From contig JBHGNT010000770.1 in the NCBI GenBank assembly GCA_043228905.1, positions 1-15,966 on the forward strand: DNA of 15,966 nucleotides. Direction: 5' to 3'. A program made the translations under genes and the position numbers. Origin of the DNA: Azolla caroliniana (lineage: Eukaryota; Plantae; Polypodiophyta). The notes below the pieces were generated by a model. That model worked only from the letters and a program-made list of their open reading frames with translations. It made no database searches and was not told where the DNA came from. Below are positions 1 through 8,138 of this stretch, one piece after another (position 1 is the stretch's first letter; every line of letters begins with the position of its first letter).

Positions 1-264
1 ATGAGGAGTACCCGGCTTCGGAGAGCCAGATGGTGCAGATCCGGTGAGAACCGGATGAGGAGTACGCGGCTTCAGAGAGCCGGATGGTGCAGACCCGGTG
101 AGAACCGGATGAGGAGTACCCAGCTTCGGAGAGCCGGATGGTGCAGACCCAGTGAGAACCGGATGAGGAGAACCCGGCTACGGAGAGCCGGATGGTGCAA
201 ACCCGGTGAGAACCGAATGAGGAGTACCCGGCTACGGAGAGCCGGATGGTGTAGACCCGGTGAG
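1..264 (+). repeat. 54-bp tandem repeat, ~5 visible copies
   Basis: Unit ATGAGGAGTACCCGGCTTCGGAGAGCCGGATGGTGCAGACCCGGTGAGAACCGG starts at 1, 55, 109, 163 and 217, with a few substitutions per copy. Confidence 0.97.
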
Positions 265-355
265 GAGTGCTCACCGGATGAAGAGACATATTCGTAAATA
301 TGTTTCTGAGAGCCCATCGTGGCTATATTTGTAAATAGCCGAAAAGTCATATTAG

Positions 356-363
356 TATAAATA
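356..363 (+). promoter_or_regulatory. Putative LTR TATA box (element G)
   Basis: TATAAATA downstream of the tandem array and upstream of the GA-rich tract, overlapping the loop of a 10-bp inverted repeat (344-353/360-369). Confidence 0.6.
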
Positions 364-735
364 TGACTTAGGGCAAACTTTTAGAGTGTTGTTGTCATTC
401 TTGTTGGCGCAAGAGATCAGAGCGCGTAACTGTGTACAAAGAGGGAGAGAGAGAGAGGAAGAGGTCGTTGCCTCTGTTGTAACCGCCGCCTGTGGCGAAG
501 AAAGAAAGCTCGAGGTTGTTGCCTCGGTGCTTTACTGTTGTACACTGTAACATAGTGATAGTTTGCAGCCTGTGGACTGCTGTGGTTTTTTCCCTACTTT
601 GGGCTTTCCACATAAACATCCTGTGTACTCTTCTCTTCACTGTGTTGTGCATTCATTCCTGTTTTTTTTTGTGTGTATGATTCTAAGCTTGGTTGTGGCC
701 GAGCGTTGCGCATAGGGGACGGGTAGTTCTCGACA

Positions 736-2766
736 AATCTTGGTACTAGCTGCAAGAGTCATCCCAACGGTAGCGTGATCTGGCATTCATGCAATGCCTG
801 CCATGTCGCGTTTTCGGACTGATTGCCGCCGGCGAGCTGTTTGGTGTTCTCCTTTTGCTGCGCGAGTTCTGCTACGTTTCGCTCATTTTCCTTTTTCATC
901 CATTCCGTTGCCTATTTCCGGATGGCCTCTTGTGTCTCCCATTCCGTCATCTTGCCCTTCGACCTTGTGGTGACCTGCTGGAGGTCTGCGACTTCGGCGA
1001 CTACCATGTTTACTGCCGGTCGCTTATCGTAGCTCTTTGCCGGACATTGATTACTATAATGTCCTTCTTGCCGGCAGTAATAGCAATATGCTTTCCGGGT
1101 GTTGCTGGATTCGGCATTGTTTCCTGTGCCCGGTGGAGGACTTGTGGTAACCTCGGGGCTCTGGTCTGGTTGGCTGCTTGAGGCGCCTTTTTCCGGTTCA
1201 CGTGGGTGGCTCCCGTTTTTGAAATGCCGTTTTTTATTAAAGTTCTTTTTGTTGCGGTACCCTTGCCAGGGTTGGTCGTCATACCTCCCGTAATCTTCCC
1301 GTCGTTGGTGATATCCAGGGGAGTGATCCCGGTTGTGATGCTCGTACCGTCCATTGTAATCTCTGTACTTGACATATCTCTTGTACTGGTCATAGTTGTC
1401 TCGCCGATTGTCGTACCGGACATCCTGTGCCGATCGATATCGCTCCTCTCGCCGCCATCATTCGTCTTCTTCGTCTCGGTTGCTACGTGGCTCGATTTGC
1501 CGGACTGGTGGTGCTTGCCGATTTAATAGGTTATATTCGCACCGGTCCATCATGTGGCTCATAGATTGACAGAGTAAGCAGTGCATCTGCATGGTGCACT
1601 CCAGTGACGAGTGTCCGGAATTAAAGCAGGTCGTACATTGGATTGCTTGCCGGAAACGGAGATCCTCATCGGTTGGTAATGCTCGTTGGAGGGCTCCCAT
1701 TGTTAGCCAAGAGCTCGTTTTCTCCATTTCTCGAACCCGGTCGATGACCTAGTCGACGGTGCTTGTGCGAAAGTCGATGACCGTGCATACCGTTCGTAGA
1801 GGTTCCCGGAGCGCGGATAAAAATATAGCCCGCGTTTTTTCCTCTGGAGGTGCGCGGGTAAGCTGACTGTGCATCCGTTGAAACCGGATGACAAACTGCG
1901 GGATGCTCTCCCCGGGGTCCTGTCGAATTGTATAAAATAAGCCCACCATTTCTTGCTGGTCCATCTCCTTCTGGAAGAAGTGCAAGAATTTGTCTTTCAG
2001 GTCCGCAAAAGGTGGTGATGGTGCTGCGATCCTGCGTGCGGTGCCATCTGGCGGCCGGTCGTTCCAATGTCACGCCGAATTCGGCTATCTTAGATCGTTC
2101 CTCTTTTGCTGCGGTTAACCGTTGTGACACATGGTTTGCCTCCCATGTTTGTTGAAACGCGTAAACATGGGCCTCCGCATCCAGATCATCCCTATACTTG
2201 GAGTACTGGAACGACATGTCGTCGTCCGGTGTCGGTACGCGGGCTGGTGGTGTTGGTGGTCTTTGTCAGTCTTCCTTTGGTGTTGCCGGCTCGACTTCCG
2301 GTGTCGGTGGTCTTTGCTGGTCTTTTTCCGTCTCCGGAGGTTGCTCCACGTCTAGTGCCGGAGGTTCCCGGTTTGCCAACTCTACTGTCGGTGTCGGTAA
2401 TGTATCCGACTCCTCGTCCTCCGGTCCTCCTGGGGTATCGTTACTACTGCGATAGTTCGTATGCGCGCTGTAACCCCCTTCCGAATCCGATTCCAGCGCT
2501 GAAAATGCTTTGGATTCGCCGTCTCTTCCAGCCAAGGCCTGGAGAAGGGTTTCCGCTTCCCGGAGACTACTTAAGCTGCTTCCTTCGTCCGGGTAGGCGT
2601 TTTGTTGCAAACGGAGCGATTCCTCCGCCACTTTTCGGATCACTTTGGAAAATGATCGATCCGTTCGGATTTCTTCCGCTACTTGTTGGAAAGCCTCTCG
2701 CTGCCTTCTTCGTTCAGCAATTCTTCGTGCTCTCTTCGTAACTGGGTCGTCTGTTGGCCTAGTCAT
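736..2766 (-). pseudogene. gag: Disabled retrotransposon gag polyprotein (element A)
   Basis: ORF pieces 2766-2266, 2217-~2040, 1985-1749 and 1727-1458 join across stops and frameshifts. Gag-type motifs: IAEFGVTLERPAARW and IRQDPGESIPQFVIRF. CX2CX4HX4C knuckles at 1637-1596, 1580-1539 and 1085-1044. Confidence 0.88.
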
Positions 2767-2804
2767 CCATTCCTGCCGTTGTTCACTGCGATTGTGCTGG
2801 AATC

Positions 2805-2814
2805 GTGGTCGCCA
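2805..2814 (-). promoter_or_regulatory. Primer-binding site, tRNA-Arg-like
   Basis: Minus strand reads GTTTT-TGGCGACCAC about 40 nt before the gag ATG. It is complementary to a tRNA 3' end ...GUGGUCGCCA, as I recall for plant tRNA-Arg(UCG); the isotype is from memory. Confidence 0.65.
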
Positions 2815-2821
2815 AAAACCG

Positions 2822-2896
2822 TGTTATTGCTAGGGCACCTTTACGGGATCGTTCCGGATCCGGATCGGCATACCGATTCCGGTCCGTCCGTCCACA
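2822..2896 (-). repeat. Very short or internally deleted 5' LTR of element A
   Basis: Minus strand TGTGGACGG...CAATAACA lies 7 nt upstream of the PBS, with AT-rich flank beyond 2896. No partner LTR in the window to confirm it. Confidence 0.5.
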
Positions 2897-3239
2897 TCTT
2901 CTCATATATTACTATATATTTTAAGATTACTAAATTATTACAACAGTTCCCGAATAAACTATTCCTTTCACACTCTGGTTTGGACCTCCTTAAGCCTTCT
3001 TGCCGGCTGGTAACAAGATTTCCTTACCCAAGTGTGGAAAGAGATTTATTAATGCTTATAGCCTCTCTCAGTGCTCACCTTCTGCCTTAGAGCTCTTTTG
3101 ACTGCCAAATAGATGTGTATTATCAATCAACTGATTATTTGTGCTTTTTATATCTTTACAAGAGGTTGTTATGCATATGTATATATACACACAAAAGCCT
3201 GCCATATCCAACAATAGGGGAACCCAACTAAGACGGGGT

Positions 3240-3262
3240 TCTCTCTCTCTCTCTCTCTCTCT
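3240..3262 (+). repeat. (CT)n microsatellite
   Basis: 11 CT units at 3241-3262. Confidence 0.95.
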
Positions 3263-3525
3263 AAGTCAAATCTCTTTCCAACAAATATGTTTTTGATTTA
3301 TACAGACCCTAGAAAGGACCAAATCGATTGACCTTTGATGTTCTTTGCAATAGCCAAATAATTGAAACTCATGGATAAAGAAGAATCAATCAAATTCATC
3401 ATCATGTATATCACTATAGCTAACTGCCACATATACTAAATTTCTGACAACTATAACATAAAGGTAAATGTCAAGAAACTCCCACCTCAAATTAATCAAG
3501 GAATGTGATATAAGAAAATGTCACG

Positions 3526-4100
3526 TCAAGGTAGTGTTGTGCTATAATTGTTTTGCTCAAGCAATGCAAGCTTTGCTTCCCTATTTGCAGGCTTTTTCTG
3601 AGCGCGTTTTGATGCTCGTCTGGCACGAGGTCAGAGCTCTCTCACATTTGGAGGGGGCATTATGTAAGGCTACAAGGGCTTGTCATCAAATGGATGCTTA
3701 TCATGCACAAAAATTCGCAGCTTTCTTGCCCTATCATCTTGTAGCCTATTCTTCGGAGCATACGGAATACAACTTTACGAATAACTTTAGTAGGATCTCT
3801 TCGCATCTGCTCTTTCAAACTCCTCTCCTTCAGGTGACCTACATAACCAGTATGCCGACGATAGAACTTATCAGCCAATTTTCTTCTAGTAAATGCAATG
3901 TCATTTGCATTTACTATGACACAAATGTTTCCTTTTTCAATACGAGGCGCGTATGTAGGCTTATCTTTCCCTTGTAAAACCACAACAATTTGTGATGCTA
4001 GACGTCCAAGAACTTGTCCTTTTGCGTCAAAGAGTCTCCACCTCAGACCTTCGATTCGTTCAGGTGTAAGACCTACCATGCCTCTCTTTAAGGCCGCCAT
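3526..4100 (-). pseudogene. RPL13: Intronless pseudogene of nuclear-encoded mitochondrial ribosomal protein uL13 (bacterial-type L13)
   Basis: GLRWRLFDAKGQVLGRLASQI...KDKPTYAP...FYRRHTGYVGHLKERSL are uL13 motifs. After restoring a 1-nt deletion at ~3755 the frame continues MLPKNRLQDDRARKLRIF...HPFDDKPL*PYIMPPPNVREL*PRARRA..RAQKK, matching the plant mitochondrial-type C-terminal extension. Premature stops at 3672-3670 and 3633-3631; terminal TGA at 3528-3526. Confidence 0.93.
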
Positions 4101-4465
4101 CGCTGTGGAAGCTCACTCCTTCCTACAGCTGCTGCACACTCGGAAAACTACTGAGCAAAAGGAGCCCCCCTCTCTCTCTCTCTGTGTGTTTTCTAATTTT
4201 TTTTATATACAGAGACTAGTTATTAACTAAATTAACACTAATTAATTAAATAATGCATCATACCCTACCTCCACTGTTTTTTCTTCTTCATAACCAATAG
4301 AGGACTTGTCAACATCAGTCAAGTCGCCATCGAATGTTTAAATTGATGTCAATATTTGTATACAATTCATAATATATGAGATTACCTGTGTATGGATTGC
4401 GAAGTCTCGACTATCAACTCTCGAGTTGAAGCACTAGCAAACGAGGAGAGGTAATATAGACAAAC

Positions 4466-4556
4466 AGGAAAAGAGAAGGGAAAGAGGAGAAGAGAGGGAA
4501 AAGAGGAGAAAGAGGGAGAAAAGAGGAGAAAGAGGGAGAAAAGAGGAGAAAGAGGG
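4466..4556 (+). repeat. 91-nt pure purine tract containing a 20-bp tandem repeat
   Basis: Only A/G from 4466 to 4556; AAGAGGAGAAAGAGGGAGAA x2.8 at 4501-4556. Confidence 0.95.
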
Positions 4557-4739
4557 CAGTGGGGGAAAACAAACAGGGAAAAACACATCGAAAGAGGGGG
4601 GAAAGAGGGAAATTTGTTTTTTTAACATTATTCTAAAAAAAATGCATAAATAGCCAGTTACAAAAATATTAATTGACTAAATTCCGGTTTTGGGGAAATT
4701 CTAGCCAGAATCAGTTTTGGCTCCCCCCCACCTTGACAC

Positions 4740-4861
4740 TATTCTTGGGACTTTGCCCAACACTAGTAGAGAGTACTGGTGTGACTCTTGACCTTTGAGT
4801 GATCATAGATTCTCAAAGGGTGTGTTCACACGTTGCACTAGGTTGAGCTTGATTCTCAACA
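4740..4861 (-). repeat. Start of the 3' LTR of copia F (distal end not resolved)
   Basis: TGTTGAGAATCAAGCTCAACC directly follows the PPT. It resembles the start of the E LTR (TGTTGAGCGGCAAGCTCAACC) and shares AGTCCCAAGA with it. Confidence 0.8.
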
Positions 4862-4872
4862 CGCCCCCTCAA
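4862..4872 (-). promoter_or_regulatory. Polypurine tract of copia F
   Basis: TTGAGGGGGCG immediately before TGTTG, a canonical copia PPT-LTR junction. Confidence 0.88.
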
Positions 4873-4874
4873 GC

Positions 4875-7456
4875 TCAACTCAGGTTGGTTCCTTTCGGTT
4901 GATGTCCACTTCGGCTAGTACCCAGTTCATATGGTATCTGGTTCTCTCTTGTACTCCTCCTCAAACTTGGCAAGTCAGGGATCGTCAATCCAAGGTCTGA
5001 CATGACTTGCCAAAGTTTGTCAGCTCCTAGGGGCTTGGTGAAGATGTCGGCTGTCTCAAGTTTCGTGTTGATGTGTTGAAGATTGACATCTCCGGCCTGA
5101 ACACGCTCTCGAATGAAGTGATAGTGCACTTCAATATCCTTTGTGCGTGCGTGGAACACCGGGTTCCGAGCCAGATAGATACTGCTCATGTTGTCGTGGT
5201 AAAGGGGAGTCAGATCCTTGATGGGAACACCTAGATTCTTCAAAATCCTCTTGAGCCATACGACTTCACATGCAGCCACAGTTGCGCCCCTATATTCGGC
5301 CTCTGTGCTCAAAAGTGCGATGGTAGGCTGCTTCTTACTACTCCAAGATATTGTTCCGTTGCCGAGCGAGAAGGCAAATCCGGAGGTTGATCATTGATCA
5401 GCTCTATAGCCGGCCCAGTCGGCATATGTGTACCCTTCGAGTCGAATTGGTGTGGCCGATTCGTAGAGAATACCACAATCCATTGTGCCACTCATGTATC
5501 GTAATACTCGCTTAGCACAATCCAAATGGATATCTCGTGGAGTTTGCATGAATTGGCTAAGGAGGCTGACCGGATAGCTTAGGTCGGGTCGAGTGATCGT
5601 GAGGTAGATGAGACTCCCAATCAGTTGTTGATATTGAGTCAGTTCACACTCTTCCGTGTCGGAGTCGACATCCAATTTGAGGTTTTGATCAAGAGGGGTT
5701 GCCACAGATTTACACTCAACCAACTCGAACTTGTATAACAAGTTAAGGATGTAGTGTCATCGAGAGATCATAATGCCAGTTGGAGTCCGAATTACCTCGA
5801 TGCCAAGGAAGTAATGGAGCTCCTTCATGTCCGTCATCTCGAATTTGTTGGAGGGGAGGGACTTCACCTTGTTGATGTCGACTAAATGTTAACCTCCAAT
5901 AACCAGATCATCCACGTATAGGAGAATGAAAATCAAGCTTCTAGAATCGTTTTGTACATAGAGGGAGTTGTCGGATTTCGACATTTGAAAGCTGATTTGA
6001 TGAAGATATTGTGTTATCTTCGAATGCCAAGCACGCGGTGCTTGCTTAAGGCTGTAGAGAGGCTTCTTGAGTTGGTAGACGACTTTCGGATGAATGTTGG
6101 ATTCGAAGCAGGGTGGTTGTACCATGTACACCTCTTCTAATTCACCTTGAAGAAAGGCGTTCTTGACGTCCATCTGGTGGAGAAGCCACTCTTTCGTTGT
6201 TGCGAGTGCAATCACAGTCCGCGCAGTCGTCATCATTGCCACCAGGGCAAATGTCTCTTCGTAGTCGACTCCATGTGTCTGTGCGTAACTTTTCGTTACG
6301 AGTCGAGCTTTGTAGCGGTTGATGAAGCTGTCGGCATTATATTTCACCATATAAATCCATCTGCAGTCGATTTCCTTCTTGTGCGGTGAGTGCGGAACCG
6401 GGGAACGAGTTCCCATGTCTCGTTCTTGCATAGTGTCTGCATCTCCTCGTTCATTGCTTCGACCCATCGTGGATCCTTGGCTGCTTCCGAAAAACTTTCC
6501 GGTTCTTGAATTGTCGCCACCTTCATCATAATAGCATAGTGGTATGCCATATAATCGTTGTAGCCGAATTGGCTAACAGGATTCTTCTCATGGGTGGAGC
6601 TCTTATGGCCCACTAAGCCTTTTCGTAATTAGACTTTCTTCCAACATGTGTTGGAGTCAATCTCCATCTTCTATCTCTTGGTCGGCGGATTCCGGGTCAA
6701 CTAGAAATGATTTGGGAGGGGTCAGCTCGGGTTCGTACCATGATGTCGTACCATGATGTCAATTCGTTGAAGATTACATCTCGACTCACACGAACCTTGT
6801 GAGTCGAGGGGTTATAGCACTTATACCCCTTTTGCTCCAGTGAGTATCCTATGAGGATACATTTCTCCGACTTCGGGTCAAGTTTTTGTCACTTCTCGTC
6901 GGGGATGTGCACATATGCAATGGAGCTGAATATCCGAACATGTGTTAGATCAAGTTTCTTTTCGAAAAACTTCTCATGCGGGGTAACCTCATGCACGCCG
7001 AATGTTGTACACTGGTTCATTAGGTAGATGGTTGTGTTGACGGCTTCTGCCCAATACGATTTTGGCATGTGCTTCTCGTTAAGCATGGCCCGTGCTACTT
7101 CGAGGATGTGCCGATTCTTTCATTTGGCTACTCCGTTCTGTGTGGCGTATGTTGACACGAAAACTCTCGCCGAATTCCTTCTTTCCAAAGAAAAGCCGAA
7201 AATTCATCAAAGAAGTACTCTTTTCCTCCATCAGACCGAAGACATCGTACATGTCGACCTGTTTCCTTTTCAACTCCACTCTTGAGTTTTTGGAAGTGCC
7301 TAAACACTTTGCTCTTTTGCCGCATGGGGTAGATCTAGGTGTGCTTGGAGAAGTCGTCGATAAAGGCCACGTAGTATTGGCATCCGCCGAATGTAACCGT
7401 TTGAGCTGGTCCCCATACATCAACATGAATTACGTTGAGTACGCCTTTGCTCACAT
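4875..7456 (-). pseudogene. pol: Disabled copia pol: integrase, reverse transcriptase, RNase H (element F)
   Basis: Integrase: IHVDVWGP, FIDDFS, LRSDGGKEY, YWAEAVNT. RT: YKARLV, QMDVKNAFLQGEL, YSLKQAPRAW, LLYVDDL. RNase H: ADWAG, STEAEY, NPVFHARTKDIEVHYHFIRE, ADIFTKPL. Many stops and frameshifts. Confidence 0.97.
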
Positions 7457-8138
7457 TGTCGTGAAGATTTTCGACAACGGTGTAAAAATTGCATGGAATG
7501 GACCAAATCGAGTATGGTTCTTCACACACAATATGAAACAATAATAGTGAAGATATTATTTTATATTAGTTTAATATCTTGGTACGAAAAGATGGATGGC
7601 TTCAAGAGCTTCCGAATGCATTTTACTACATGTGAAATGAACAATTTAGTGTCAAGTTATGTGAGTGTGAAGTTTGAGAAGAAGAAGAGGAAAAAACAAA
7701 ATTGTTAGATATCCCACATAGATAGGACGCCATCAGGATTCAAGGGTATATAAGTAGAGCCATATCTCTCTATATTTCGTCTATGTGTTGGGAGCACAAA
7801 AAGGTTGGGTTGTATAACTTGGATGAATGGATGCAGCCAAGTTGTTCAAAATGCTTTTGGAGAACCGAAACCGGACAAAATGTGGATCGAACTGGTCAGG
7901 ATCGGATAGACGGATCGGTTGGGTCGGTTGAATAGGTTGATTGCGACGCACGGTGTCTTGAAGATTTTTTTGGTGTGAAACGAACAAAATTGTCTAATGG
8001 TTCCATAAGTTCATTGGAGGTTAACTAAAGTTGTAATATGTAGTTAAACATTTGTAAAAACAAGACTATAATGGTTCCATAGGTTCATTGGAGGTTAACT
8101 AAAGTTGTAATATGCAGTTAAACATTTGTAAAAACAAG
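7457..8138 (+). repeat. 5' LTR of element D, truncated and ending in a local duplication
   Basis: 7457-8068 aligns with 13203-13832. 8069-8138 duplicates 7995-8064, then the sequence jumps into gag with no terminal CA or PBS. Confidence 0.93.

Larger units (their letters stand above)
1..735 (+). mobile_element. Right part of an LTR (element G; 3' LTR or solo LTR) inserted into the gag-pol linker of element A
   Basis: Tandem array, then TATAAATA (356-363), GA-rich tract (~439-461) and T/G-rich tail, ending ...TTCTCGACA at 735. From 736 the minus-strand gag-like frame of A (CQITLPLG*LLQLVPR) is present and stops abruptly at this CA. The left end is outside the window. Confidence 0.75.
736..2896 (-). 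mobile_element. 5' part of a degenerate Ty3/gypsy LTR retrotransposon (element A)
   Basis: On the minus strand: TG start at 2896 at a sharp AT-rich to GC-rich transition, PBS at 2814-2805, gag ATG at 2766, capsid-like domain, CCHC knuckles and pre-protease linker. Cut at 736 by element G. Confidence 0.85.

Noticed and set aside
1-297. 54-bp array as a CRISPR array or as a repeat protein (98-aa and 92-aa ORFs)
   Set aside because: The units are contiguous with no unique spacers and the context is eukaryotic. The ORFs arise because 54 is a multiple of 3.
741-750. TGGTACTAGC as a PBS after LTR G
   Set aside because: It matches the iMet PBS only over TGGTA, and these bases belong to the minus-strand coding frame of element A (LQLVPR).
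789-2741. Hydrophobic plus-strand ORFs (789-1181, 1206-1526, 2106-2741) as membrane or env-like proteins
   Set aside because: They are antisense shadows of the purine-rich, hydrophilic gag of element A.
3660-4100. Functional L13 gene, or bacterial/organellar rplM insert
   Set aside because: Frameshift plus two stops. It has the plant nuclear-type C-terminal extension and no rpsI or operon context.
4307-4738. TGTCAA...TTGACA-bounded solo LTR or MITE
   Set aside because: The 6-bp inverted ends have no matching TSD (GGACT vs CTATT) and no second copy supports them.
6733-6758. 13-bp tandem duplication (TCGTACCATGATG x2) as a transposon footprint
   Set aside because: No associated element; it is one of several small slippage-type indels in the decayed pol.
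7335-7541. ORF starting MFHIVCEEPYSIWSIPC, repeated at 13018-13287, as a duplicated gene
   Set aside because: The shared N-terminus is antisense LTR sequence of D fused by chance to copia integrase or to antisense pol.
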